Shown one piece after another: positions 13,960 to 27,480 of a stretch of DNA of 64,000 nt (position 1 is its first letter; each line of letters opens with the position of its first letter). This DNA is from the human T2T-CHM13v2.0 reference genome, Homo sapiens, in the NCBI RefSeq assembly GCF_009914755.1, contig NC_060931.1. One strand, given 5' to 3'. Made by a program: the position numbers and the translations under genes. Below the pieces are notes generated by a model. The model made no database searches and was not told the origin of the DNA. It saw nothing but the letters and a program-made list of their open reading frames with translations.

Positions 13960-14620
13960 ACTTTCAAAGCCTTTCTTTTTACCAAATTTAAGGGAAGTTT
14001 CTTGGAATCCTCATCCACTTGACATTTTTGTGTCTTGGGTAGACATCTCCTTTTTCTCCAAACCCCTTGTTTCTCTGGTTGGTTCTCATGAGACTGTGTT
14101 AGTAGGTTTATCTTGGTATGTTCTCCTTCTTCCTTGATGGGCCCCACATGAAGATGATCCCCAGAATTATGTTCTCAGCCCTCTTGTCCCTATACAGTAG
14201 CCCATGGTGATGTCATTCCCTGCAAAGTCCTTAACTATCACTTCTCAGGAGATGATTCCCAAGCTCGTTGCACTAACTTCAGCCTCTCTTCTAAACCTCA
14301 GACTTGTATTTCCAGCTGCCTTTTGAACATATCTAAGTGATATGTTAATATCCAAACCACAAACTCGGTATGTCATAAATCTAATTCATCTTCTCCATGA
14401 GAAAAACTTAACCTGGCTTTGTAATATTTCCTCCTCAAATAAGATCAAATTTTGGAGTTACCCTTGACTCTTCTCTTTTCACAATGTCTTGTAAAAATCT
14501 GTTTTGCTAAGTCATATAAATTCAATTTTCTCATTGTTTATCTCTTTCTAGCTTCTGTATTGGCCTTTCTACCATTAGTATATCCTTTTCCAAATCTACT
14601 GTATACATTGCTGTTAGATA
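13960..14620 (+). mobile_element. L2 fragment (RT region)
   Basis: ccccagaattatgttctcagccctctt...gatgattcccaa...ctcagacttgtatttccagctgcc resembles the L2 PQGS..YADD region; boundaries approximate. Confidence 0.65.
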
Positions 14621-17519
14621 AATCTCTCCTAATCACAGCATCAATAACAACATCAATCATAAACATTTAATGATCATCTACTTTGTACAATGAGCAACAT
14701 CATTATCTTATCAGATTATCATAATTCCTGGAGGTAGGTACTAAAAATCTTTATTTTTATTGTAGAGAGGAAGATAAATGTTCCAAGAAATATAATCTTG
14801 CTCAAGGAAATTCATCACATAAAGAGCAGGCTATGGATTTACATCCATGGTCTATCAGATACCCACGCTCATGTACCAAATCATCTGCCTGTCAAAAGCT
14901 TTCAAGGGCTCTTCTGCCTGTTTTCCTTTCCTGTCACTCCAGTTCCCCATCTGCAAAGTCCCAATAAACCTTCCCAGCGTGGTTTTTCACTGATGCCCTC
15001 TAAATAGCCTACAATTGAATCCAATTCTAGTTCAGCACTCCCAACCCTTTCAATTCATTGCAATCTGTAATCTCTGTTTAGACTCTACCCAATATAACTC
15101 TTTTATCAAGATTCTACCTCTTCTTTAAGACCGATCTCAAAGCCCCATCCTCCAGAAAGCCCTTCCTTGTTCTCTGTGTTAAGTGAAATCTCTCCCTTTC
15201 TGAGTCTGTGCAGTACTATTTTTGAGATGAGAAATTTCTCATTTTGTGCTTTATATTATTTTTATGTCTGCCCCTTTTATATCCTTCAACAAAAGGTAAA
15301 TTCCTTGAGAACATGGACTCAACCTGACATATCTGGGTGTCCTCTGTAATTATTGCACCAGGGCCTCTGGAAGTGTGCACTAGACAATGCATGTAAGTTC
15401 TGTTCAAGCTCTGCTGAACTAAAAACCAGAAGTCCTAGGATTCTGAAGCAAATGGGCATCTGGCCTAGTTCCTGATTTTACTTTAGCTTTCTTTTCATAA
15501 AACAATTCTCTGATCTATTTAAAATCTCAATTCTAATTCTACTATTTTTCAGCATTTCTTTTATCCCAAAGGAGACCCCCTTCCTCAATGAATAACATCA
15601 CTCCAGTCACAGAGTAAAGAACTGGCACTTTTATTCCAAAGCACTCTTTACATAAAGCCCAAAATAACCTTGAACTCTCAATTTGCCATTTCATATTGTG
15701 CTTCTTTCCAATGCAGTTAGCAAATCAAAGGGAAACCATTTTTTAAATGCTTATCTTTTAGGTTGTTCTCACTTGGATGACAATAAGACACCATGATATT
15801 TTTTTTTTACTAGTCATGTTCTTGTTGCAATGCAGAGCCCCCACTGAATTCTTCTGAATATAGTTCAGTTATATCTTTTGCCACTTAACATCATTTATAA
15901 TCTCTATAAATAATTCTGAATTAAGTATGCAAAGTATATTAAAAATATCACTTTCATCTGCTTCTTACATAATGCAAAACTGTTTTTCCAAACAGTGCAG
16001 TGTGTCTTTTACTAGAGCAGTGCTTTGCCTAAATATAAACATGGAATTTAAGAATACTCCTATGTGAAATTCCTCATTTTTTTCTACTTTTTATTTATTT
16101 TTTAGCACACTCCAGCCTCATATATAAAATTCTTTAGATGACCTGGTTCTTGTGAAAGCAAGAACACACACATCATTCTGCTCATGGCATTTTTATGTAA
16201 ACCTACTGTGGTGAATCCAGACTGAGTGTTAAAAATGTTACTCAACCCTCAAGCTCTAGCTGTTTGTATGAATGGATGGGTCATTTGGCCAGGCTCTCTT
16301 ATTACTAATATCCACAAGTAAATGGGTTTATTAACATGATAGTTACTTATTAGTAAATAAACAAAATTATCAAACTTGTAAATATTATACTTAATTTTTC
16401 TTTTTCTTTTTGTAACCCTTATTGGAGGATCACTTTCCTTCCATAAAAGTGACGTTTCCTAAAATATTGCATTATATATTTTCATTTCCTAATGCTATTG
16501 AATTTACTAATATGATTCATCATTTTTAATCAGTGAAATTGTGTTGTGGTTTGGCTAAACAGCAACTAAGGTTTAATTAAGTTTTTAGCCTCTGTGAAGG
16601 GAAAATCATCATTCTTATAAGGAAAAGAAAAATTGACCACTTGGGAGATTTTAGGAAATTAAAACATGCAACAATTTGACTGGGCATTATTTCTTTGATA
16701 AGCTTTTCCAACATATCAATGTAAGAGCATTACATTTTTCAACGTCATGTTAATATGCAAAGAGGAAACAATGATTGTCCAAATATTTGATGTGTCTAAA
16801 TGACTCAGTCTCTTAAGCCAAGAAAATGAAAAGAACACCTGTTTCACGTTTCTGTTGTAAGAATCATGAATGATGTATCAAAATTTTTGTAACTTACAGA
16901 GTTCTATAAAGATATGAAAGACATCCTTTTCATCAACCACTCTGTACAAATGAAAGTTCATTATATTTAGATTTTTTTTAGGCATCAGTTTTTTGTTTTT
17001 AATAAATTGCTATTTCCAACAAGATCTTTACCTTTGTCCAGACAAAATGAAGAAATACATACTTTTTTCTTGGAACTTTGAATAATATTTACTGGTATAT
17101 TAACAATTATATTTTCTGAAGGACCAATTTCATTAAATGTATATGTCAAGCTGCCTAGCGGAAAATAATTTATATTACCTGGAGAGGTAAAATAAATCAA
17201 AAGTCAGGTAGTCCAGTGGTCTACTGGACAGGCTTTTGAATCAGAGACCCAAGTTCAAATCATTTCTCTAGGACGTATAAGCAGTGTGACATTGGCCAAG
17301 TTACTTAATGACTTTAAACCTGAGTAAATACCTATCCCACAGGATTGTAGCAAGAATTTCTGTAAAGCACTTAGCCCAATACACCCAATAGATTGTAGCT
17401 ACCATACAATTGTGAAAAGCAATGTATTTGTTTCCAACACCATGTTACTTGTTTCTCAAAACACCTCTGTAGAATGCATAAGGCAGGTAGAATACATTGA
17501 AGACTTCTACAGCTGGATC

Positions 17520-18250
17520 AGTAACAGAAATCTGCTAATCTCCAGACCTCCGTATCCAACAGGTACAGACCATATCTTCTCAGATATGCTATAAGCATGT
17601 CAAACTCTGCAAGTTAAAGACAAGTTCATTGCATTACTTTAAAATAACCTGCATTTATACCTCTATTTTCTCTTTGTGAATGGTTCCAGTATTCTCCCAT
17701 CTGGCCCAGATGATTTGGGGAATCAGCCTTGACTTCAACTCACTTATCTCAGTGCCAATCCATCTAGTCACCTGGACCTGCCCATCTACCTCCTTAATTT
17801 CCCTTAAATAATTTACCTTCTCCTCATCCCACTGCAGCAACCTTAGTTCAGGTCTTCACTGTTCCTCTATTGGCTCCCAGCTGGTCACTCTAACTTGTCT
17901 TAGCAACCTCCCCATGCTGCTACAAAAGTGATCTTTCTAAAATGTTCACTAACCCCTTCATGATTTGCTTCACTCTCTTCCTCTACTCACATTCTTTGTT
18001 CAAACTATATGGAGTTAATTTGAACTTCTCCAGATACATCATATTATTTAATGCCTCTGTGACTTCGTACCTACCACTGCCTCAATCTAGAATACTCTTC
18101 CACCATTTCTCATTAATTCTGTTTGTCTTTCAAATCTCAACTCAGGGACTTTCTCCTTCATGAAGACTTTGCTGACCCCACCAAAGTGTCTTAATTACCC
18201 CTTTGGGCACCAGTTGCCCCTTGGGCATTGTATCTATTATGAAATTCTGC
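17520..18250 (+). mobile_element. L2 3' fragment
   Basis: Pyrimidine-rich L2-like motifs (gtgatctttctaaaatg, tctagaatactctt, caaatctcaactca...tcatgaagact); approximate. Confidence 0.5.
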
Positions 18251-18884
18251 ACAGTGCTTACTACTCTATATTATATGCCCTTTAGAGGCAGGCATCAAGG
18301 TTTTTTGGGTTGTTTGCTTATTTGTTTGTTTGTTTGTTTTGTCTCTGTCTCTAGCCAAGAGTATGACAAATGCATCAATTTTTATATATCATACATCAAA
18401 TGTCAAAGGAGGAAAAGAAAATAAGCTAAGGAAGTCTAAAATACTGGTGATATCTCATAAAGTATTCCCATCAGTTAGCTCCTATAGGAAAACAACACCA
18501 GTATAAAAGAGCCAAGAAATATTTATCTTACAAAATCCCCTTTAGACACTTTATTTGGAAAGGTAAAAGGAATTTGGTGGATAAAGTAGAAACCGTAATG
18601 CAAGATGGGTTAAAAGTGATTCTTTTTTATTGTTTTGATGAGCAAGCTTTTGTTTTTTTTGTTTGTTTGTTTGTTTTTTGTTTTTTTCCCTTTGCATTTG
18701 GATAAAACTCTGTGGAGCTAGGAAAAGCAACTGGAGGTGTGTGCAGCTGCAACTGACATATATGAATGTATTTACTCTACCAGGTTGGGAGGTAGGGAAA
18801 GCAAAAGCCTCATTATCTTCCTATTTAAGAAACAAACCCTGTAAGGAAGTGCCCTATACATAGTTATTGAATGTTTCATGCCCA

Positions 18885-19520
18885 GATACTTAACATCTCT
18901 GGAATCTGCCTCCTGCTCTCCATTCTTACTGCCATGCCTTAAGTCTGGCCCTGTCAGTTCTCACCCAGAGGCTATAGCCTCCTAATTAGTCTTGCCCTCC
19001 TCCCTGCTTTCTCTTTTTGTCTACCAAACCATTTCTCTCAAGGCTATCAGAAGGAGCATGAGCATATCTAAATGAGATTGTGTAAAAGCCTTCAATGGCT
19101 GCCCAATACTTCCAAGTAAAGTCCGAAATCCTTAGAGTGGCATCCAAGATCATTAAAGATCTGATTCATGCCTATTTCTCTAGAGTCATCTCTTACTGTT
19201 CCCATTTCTTTTTTTTTTTTAATTGTACAAGTCAATTCTTTATCCATTCCAAACTATTGCCAGAAGCAGTAAACTTGCACTCACTGCTGCCTTCCTGAGA
19301 GTCTCTGCTTTTTCCACTCTGCGTATTCCTTTTCCACTTGGTTTACTCCTAGACTTACCTAATTCCCTCCCTGCCATTTATTTAGGTAAGATGTCCAGAG
19401 TACTGTGTGGATACTTATTGGAACTTACCACACTGCACTGTAATAGTTTACTTTTTACCATTGGACTATAGACCCTTGAAGTCAAGAACCACATCTTATT
19501 TATCTGTATTCTCTGTAGCT
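18885..19520 (+). mobile_element. L2 3' fragment
   Basis: aaagccttcaatggctgccca...aaagtccgaaatcctt...ggactatagacccttgaag...tcttatttatctgtattc. Confidence 0.6.
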
Positions 19521-20076
19521 ACTATAATTTTTATCTGTGAGATGAATATAAGTAATATTTCATAAACGAATAATTATCTACTTCAGTACATTGTCACAAG
19601 ATGATCCCTCCTCAAACACAAAACTCTTCACACAAAACCCGGAATACTCAGATTTAAATATTTATACCTTTGTTGCAACTTCAAAAATTCTAAGTTACAT
19701 ATGTATGAATAATGGGTTATGGCAATAAAAGGTTATAGCAATCTGAGAGAAATAAAATGAAAAACATAACATGTGGATAAAGAATATATTTTCTGAAATA
19801 GAGCTTTTCATGGAAACTAAGTGACATAACCTGAATACTTCCTGATAGTGAATAAAAATTTGTCAGTAACTATTATTATTATATTAATGTATAGCCTTTA
19901 CTAAAAGGGTGATATGTTTCATTCTATTGTAAAATGTAACAATATTGATAAGGATGTCTTCAAAATATTGTTTCATTAAAAAACACTAGTTGTGAATAGC
20001 AGGTGGAGAACAGTGCCTGTGATTTTAAGATCAAGAGTAGATATGATTTCACATCAATTGTTCTGAGTTCATTACA

Positions 20077-22369
20077 TTTTTAATTACAACAAAAGAGGTT
20101 TAATTGGCTCACAGTTCTGCAGACATTACAGGAAGCCTGCAGATAGTGGCATCTGCTTCTGGGAGGCCTTAGGAAGCTTCTAATCATAGTAGAAGGCAAA
20201 GGGAAAGCAGGCACATCATGTGGTGAAAGCAGGAGCAAGGATTGGCAGGGAAGGTGCTGCACACTTCTACATAAACAGATCCTGTGTGAACTCAGAGCTA
20301 GAGTTCACTTACCACTGAGGGGATGGCCTAAGCCATTCATAAGTAATCAGCCCTCATGATCAAAACACCTCCCACCAGGCCCCACCTCCAATATTGGGGA
20401 TTACATTTAAACATGAGATTTGGGTGGGGACAAACATACAAACTATATAATTCTGCCTCTGGTCCCAAAAATCTTATGTCCATCTCAATTGCAAAATACA
20501 CTCATGCCTTCTCAACAGTACCCCAAAGTCTTAACGCATTCCAGCATCAACTCAATCAAAATTCCCAAGTTCAAGGTCCAAAGTCATAGATGGAGATGAG
20601 TTTCTTCCACAAATGAATCTTTAAAATCAAGACAAATTATTTACCTCCAAGATATTGGGTAAGCATTCCCATTTCAAAAGGGAGAAATTGGCCAAAAGAA
20701 AGGGGCTACAGGCCCCATGCAAATCCAAAACCCAGAAGGGCAGTCATTAAATCTTAAAATTCCAAAATCATCTCCTTTGACTCCATGTCCCATGTCCAGG
20801 GCACACTGGTGTACAGGGAAGAATAACAAGGCCTTGGGATAGATTCCATGCAAGGAGTAGACTCCATGTCCCATGTCCAGTGCACACTGGTGCAAGGGGT
20901 AGAATCCCAAGGCCTTGGTAGATTCCCAAGAATCCACCCTTGTGGCTTTTCCATGCTGAGGTTGCAAACTACTGGTTATTCTACCATTCTGGGGTCTGGA
21001 GGATGGTGGCCCCTATCCCACAGCTCCACTAGGCAGTGCACCAGTGGGAACTCTATGTGGAGCCTCCAACCACACAGTTCCCTTCCACACTGCCCTAGTA
21101 GAGGTTCTCTCTATGGGTGCCACCCCTGCAGCAGGCTTCTGTCTGGACACCAAGGCTTTCTTATACATCCTCTGAAATCTAGGCAGTGTCTGGCCTCCTT
21201 TACTTTCACACTCAGCATGCCCACAGGATTAACACCACATGGAAGTCACCAAGGCTTATGGATCACACCCTCTGGAGCTGCAGCCTGAGCTGTACCTGGG
21301 GCCCTTGAAGCCAAGGCTGTAGCCAGAGCAGCCAGGATATTAAGGAGCGGCCTCCTGGGTGATACAGAACAGTGCTGCCCTGGGCCTGGTCTCTGAAGCC
21401 ATTCTTTCATCCTAGGCTTCTGGACCTGTAAAGGGAAGGGCTGCCTCAAAGGTCTCTGAAATGCCTTTGAGGCCTTTTTCCCATTGTCCTCGCTATTTGC
21501 ACTTGGCTGTTTTTTAGTTATGCAAATTTCTCTAGCAAGTAGTTTCTCCACAGCCCTCTTGTGTTCTTCCCCTGAAAATATGCTTTTCATTTCTACCACA
21601 TAGTCAGGCTGCCAAGTTTCCAAACATTTGTGTTCTGCTTCCCCTTTAATTATGAATTGCAACTTTAAGTCATTTCTTTGCTCCTATGTCTGAACATAGG
21701 CTCTTAGAAGCAGCCATGCTACCTTTTAAATGCTTTGATGCTTAGAAATTTCTTCCACCAGAGACACCCTAAATCATCACTCTTGAGTTCAAACTTCCAC
21801 ATATCCCTAGGGTATGGACACAATGTAGCCAAGTTCATTGCTAAAGCGTAACATGGGTGACCTTTGCTCCAGTTCCCAGTAAGTTCCTCATTTCCATCTG
21901 ACACCCCATCAACGTGGACTTTACTGTTCACATATTACTTTGAATGGCAAAAACCACAGTTACCTTTGCACCAACCTAATACTATTAGCATTTTGGTCAC
22001 AACCATTTAACCAGTCTCTAAGAAGTTCCAAACTTTCCCTCATCTTCCTATCTTCTTATGAACCTTCCAGCTTCTTCTAACCTCTGCATGTTATCCAGTT
22101 TCAAAGTCATTTCTACATTATGAGGTATCTTTATAGCAATGCCCTCCTCAGTACCAATTTTCTGTGTTAGTCAATTATTGCACCACTGTAAAGAACTACC
22201 TGAGAATGGGTGATTTATAAGAAAAGATATTTAACTGGCTTATAGTTCTGCAAGCTGTATTGGAAGCATAGCAGCACCTGCTTCTGCGGAGGCCTCAGGA
22301 AGCTTCCAATCATCGCAGCAGGCAAAAGGGGAACAGGCACATTACATGGCAAAAGTAGGAGCAGAAGCT
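20077..22369 (-). mobile_element. MST (MSTA/MSTB) MaLR with internal region and two truncated LTRs
   Basis: 3' LTR part ~20082-20450, MST-int ~20451-22162, 5' LTR part 22163-22369; both outer LTR ends are missing. Confidence 0.92.
21934..21979. mobile_element. MADE1 (Hsmar1 mariner MITE), one arm only
   Basis: attactttgaatggcaaaaaccacagttacctttgcaccaacctaa followed by TA. Confidence 0.85.
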
Positions 22370-22459
22370 GTTCATTGTTGTTGTTAACACTGAGTTACAT
22401 GGCTTTGTGACCACAGTAAAACTTTCCAGAAATGCTAGCTATCCATTCAGTAAAATAGC

Positions 22460-22700
22460 CAAAATTTATTAAGCATTTATTATGTGTCCAACATGGCTCT
22501 AAACATGTTACATACATACTCATTTATTTCTCATGACACCCTACAGGGTAAGTAAAGTTATTATCTCCATTTTACATATGAGAAAACGAAGGCACAAAAA
22601 AGTAAGTGATAACAGTCATATAACTAATAAGTGGAAGAGCCAGCAATAGACCCAGTACAGTCTGGCTTTGGATGCAATAGTCTCTATACTACCCTTCTTC
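22460..22700 (-). mobile_element. MIR
   Basis: tttattaagcatttattatgtg...tatctccattttacatatgagaaaac...aagtggaagagcc...cagtctggct. Confidence 0.8.
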
Positions 22701-22769
22701 TATTTTAACAGATAAGGAGTATTGAGTGTATCTACCTCATGAAGCTGTTGCCAGAATTAAGTAAATACC

Positions 22770-23170
22770 TGTAGTATATTGCATTATTTGCTCCAATTCT
22801 TCAGCCTTCCCTGTCTCCATGTTCTTTACCACATGTCTTCAGTGTCTTTCTCTACAGGAATAAATTTTTTCCCTACCCTTTGACTTAAGTGGGCCATATG
22901 ACCTGCTTTTGCTAATAGAATTGGGAAAAAGTGATGGTGCCTATTGATGTACTTATTCTCTGCCATCACCCTGGGAGAAACATGCCCAGAGAAGAGCAGC
23001 CCCTGGTCCCAGGAGGAGGATGACAGAAACATGATACAGAGCTGCCCAGGTGAATGCAGCCTGGATTAGCTAATTCCAGCCAATGCTCAGATAAATGAGG
23101 TGAATAAATGTCTATTTTTGTATGTCTCTGAGAGTCTGTCATTGTATACTGCACAGCAGTATAGAATACA
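22770..23170 (+). mobile_element. MLT1 (MLT1I-like) MaLR solo LTR
   Basis: tgtagta...gaataca termini, aataaa near the 3' end, perfect 5-bp TSD atacc at 22765-22769 and 23171-23175. Confidence 0.8.
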
Positions 23171-25048
23171 ATACCTATAAAATTATGTAGACCAATGGCT
23201 GGCGTATGGACACTTTCTATAGGCATTAGATGTAATTATATTCTGCAGTCTCTTTGTCTTCGTGGTTCTGTTTTATACAAATGATTCCAAAAGAACACAT
23301 AGTTCATAATTCTGCTTTTTAACTTTGAGATAAGAGCACATAGGTACTGTGTAGCATTTTTTACTAGACTATAACCTCCTTGAGGACAGGAAATCTGGAT
23401 TTTTAATTTTTTATTCTCAGTTCCTCAAACAATGCCCAGGGTAAGGGCTCAATAAATGTCGATGAAAAGACTATTTTTTTTCTGTTTCTCAATTCAAGCT
23501 TTTCCAGGGTTAAGCTACTATTTCATAGAAAGATAGGACAAGCACTTTGGAACCCAGTTAGCCACATACTGCATCATATCCATAGTTTCTACAGGATAAT
23601 CTTTTATGTTAAGTCTATTACAATGAATGTATTTTATTTCTTCAGTAATAAATTTCCAAAGAAAATCAACTTTGGGGTTCTAATCTGTTACTGAAATAGT
23701 AACTTGTTGCAAAGAACTAAAAAACACCATTGGATGAGTCTATCGTGCTGCCACCAGTTACAAGGAAACAGACATGCCTCCTAGCCTGCTCACCAAGTTA
23801 AGAATCTCAAACTACGCCACCCTGCCAATCTTTACTCTTTTCAAACACTAATAAAATTATACACTATATCTACCAGCTCTATCTACTATGACTATATCAA
23901 GTAGAAATTTACAAATAATTGCTGGAAGCAGCATACCCCCTGCTTCACCATCTGTATTTGGAGTTACCAGAGGAATTACTCTGCCCAGGCCCTTTGAGGT
24001 TCCTGGAGGTCCCCTCCTATCTAGACCCTAACTATCCTAGCACTCCCAAGGATTTTTGTTTGCATGTCAAGCTTCCAGTTCCCAAATCCACACTCATTTC
24101 TACCTTGTTGGGTCTGCTCTGGGTCTCTGATTCTCCATAACTAGTAAATACCCCTAAATACCTGCAATTTAGTAGGGAAAAATAGCAAAACTTCCCATTT
24201 CCTTTCCTTTAGCATTTCTTTTTCTTCTTTCATCTATTTTTATTTTCCTCCAGGAAAATAAATTTTAAAAATTGCCTTACACTGTTCATGGAAGCCACTA
24301 GCAAACACTGCAGTACTCTTAATGGTGATGATTCTCAGTTGAAATATTTAATTATCCCCTTTCACCCCATACACACACAATACAGGCCAATGAATCTCTA
24401 CAACTATGTTGTGTTACAGAAGTGATGTGAGCTGCCCTGGCAGACGGACAAGAAAGAAAGTGAATACTATTTCAGGTACCTTTATTTCCTTCCCTAAACC
24501 TGTTAAAAGTGTTATGTATAAGACTTTAAAAACTATATGAGTTACTTATTTCACATGTTTATTGCTGACTTTTGTTGCCTTCTCTTAAGCTAAAGTTCTG
24601 TCTTATGAGGCGAATCATATAAACAGTGAAGTTTTAAGAGTTCTTCTATGAATAAACCCTGTAAAACCACCAAGAAATTAGCATTACTCAAAATTCTTCC
24701 AAATATCAGTATTTTCATCATCCTACTCAACTATTTAATAAAAAGCTCATATTCAAGAGATACATAATCAGCATAATATATATATTTAAAACAAGAATAA
24801 AATATGAAAGGTCTGCTTTCTTTCTGCATCACTGATTTTTACTGTTTCCTTTACCCTCAACTTTAAGGTATGTTCAGTTCCATATAATTACTTATGTAAT
24901 ATGCATTTATAAAGTGCTTGAACATTTTAAAAGTAAGTATCAAGAAACTATCAATGGTAATGTTTTAAAGATGCTAAAAAATTATTTTCACCTAGGCAAA
25001 CCATATAAACATCCAGTTTTCTTTAAAAATTTCAATAGGCATCCGTAA

Positions 25049-25383
<335 letters not shown>

Positions 25384-25889
25384 CAGACTGCCTTTTCGGT
25401 GAGAAGAACAATTTGTGGGGTTGAACTACCTGATGTCAAATAAGAATTACAGCAGGAGTTAGTTATATAAAAATAGTTTCCCACAAATACTAACATAAGA
25501 AATATCAAATATCTTGTCATATTTCTAGTATTAAATTTCTTTTGCTTTTACAGTAAATTGTTTGGAGGATATAAGGTTTACTTCTAAGGAGATAAAAAGC
25601 AATTGATGCTTCCTCAAAATAAAAAAGTTGACTCCAGCCATGTTTTTATTTGTTGAGAAATATTCTATATCTACACTATGGGATACAGACTAACAGTTAT
25701 TTACCTGTCTATTGAGTACTTGTCACCTAGGAGTCATCAGTAAGTTGCATCCATTAAACAAAGAAAAGTCATTCAACCAGCCATCTGGAGACAACATGGT
25801 AAGCAGAATTCTAAGAAGGCTCCCAGGATTCCTGCATCATGGTATAACATACTCTATATAATGTCCTCCTCTTGAGGGTGGGTGGCACT

Positions 25890-27480
25890 ATTTCCCTATT
25901 GATTTTCTGTATAGATGATCTGTCCATTGTTAAAAGTGGAGTACTGAAGTCTCCAATGTTATTGTATTATAGTCTACCCTACCCTTCAGATCTATTAATA
26001 TTCGTTTTATATATTTAAGAGCTCCAATATTGGATACATACATATTTAAAATTGTTATATCCTCTTGATAAATTGACCCCTTTATTATAATATAATGTCC
26101 TTCTTTGTCTCTTTTTATAGTTTTTGACTTATAGTCTATTTTGTTTTATATAACCATAGCCATGCTCACTCTCTTTTGGTTACCAGTTTCCTGGAATATT
26201 TTTTTCCAAACCTTCATTCTCAATCAATATGTGCTCTTAAGGCTAAAATGAGTCTCTTTATCCATTTAGCCACTGTTTCTTTTAGAGAATTTAATTTATT
26301 TATGTCAAACGTAAGTATTGATAGGTAAGGACTTGCTACTGGCATTTTGTTAATTTTCTACCGATTGTTTTGTAGTTCTTTTGTTCTTCTCTTCCAATTT
26401 TGCTGCCTTTATAATTTGTTATATTGTTGTAATACTATGCTTTGATTCTTCTTTATCTTTTTTGTATCTACTAGACTTTTTTGCAGTTTTCATAAGGCAT
26501 ATATAAAACATCTTATCGTGTCCTAATTTAAGCTGATAATACCTTAACTTCAATTGCATACAAAGACTCTACAATTTTACTTCTCCTCACCACCATATTT
26601 TATGCTATTGATGGAATACTTTATATTTATTTCTATTGTATATCTTTTACCAATTATTTGTAGCTATAGTTATTGTAATACATTTGTTTTTGAACTTTTG
26701 TACTAGAGTTAAGAGTGATTTACACAGCACCTTTACAGTATTAGAGTATTTTGAATTTGACTATGCATTTGCTTTTATCAGTGAGTTTTATATTTTAATA
26801 TGTCTTCATGTTGATACTTGTCATCCTTTTGTTTCAACTGTAAGAGCTTCCTTTCATATTTCTTGTAAGGCCAATCTCATGATGATAAGCTGCCTCATCC
26901 TTTTCTTGTTTTCGAATTTCTTTATCTCTCCTTCATTTCTTAAAGACAGTTCTTCAGTGTATAGTATTCTTGGCTGGCAATTTTTTCTTTTAGCATTTTG
27001 AATGTGTCATTCCATTCCCTTCTGGTTTGCAAGGTTTCTGTTGAGAAGTCTACTGATAGTCTTATGGGACATCCTTTATATTTGACAGTTTCTTCTCTCT
27101 TGCTGCTTTGAAGATTCTCTCTTTGCCTTCGATTTTTGATAATCAGATTATAATGTGTCTCAGAGTTTCCTTTTTAAATTGATATTGGTTAAGGTCTTTT
27201 GAGCTTCCTGAATACGTATGTCCATATTTCTCCCAAGAATATGTCCATATTCCTTCCAAGGTGTGTTGATGGGTATGGCTTCCTTCAGGTTTCTGGGAGG
27301 GCTCCTGATGGGTCACTGGATGGATCCCCGGGATGTCTGTATGGCTCCAGTTTGTGCCTGAGACAGGCTGTAACTGAATCCCTAGATTCGCACAAACAGA
27401 TTTTTGTTGTGGGTAGGTGCAGAAGGAGGGAAGATGAGCAGGTGACCTCCTATTCCACCATCTGCCCAAAGTCATCTCTC
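25890..27480 (-). mobile_element. Old L1M fragment (ORF1 / 5' ORF2 region)
   Basis: gatgatctgtccattg...actgaagtctccaa...ttggatacatacatatttaaaattgttatatcctcttg is antisense L1 endonuclease region; the end point is approximate. Confidence 0.8.

Noticed and set aside
20848-21931. 146-, 138- and 70-aa ORFs
   Set aside because: They are fragments of the degenerate MaLR internal ORF or its antisense strand.
24200-24430. Strong pyrimidine tract and acceptor at ~24253
   Set aside because: No convincing donor or recognisable coding frame follows.
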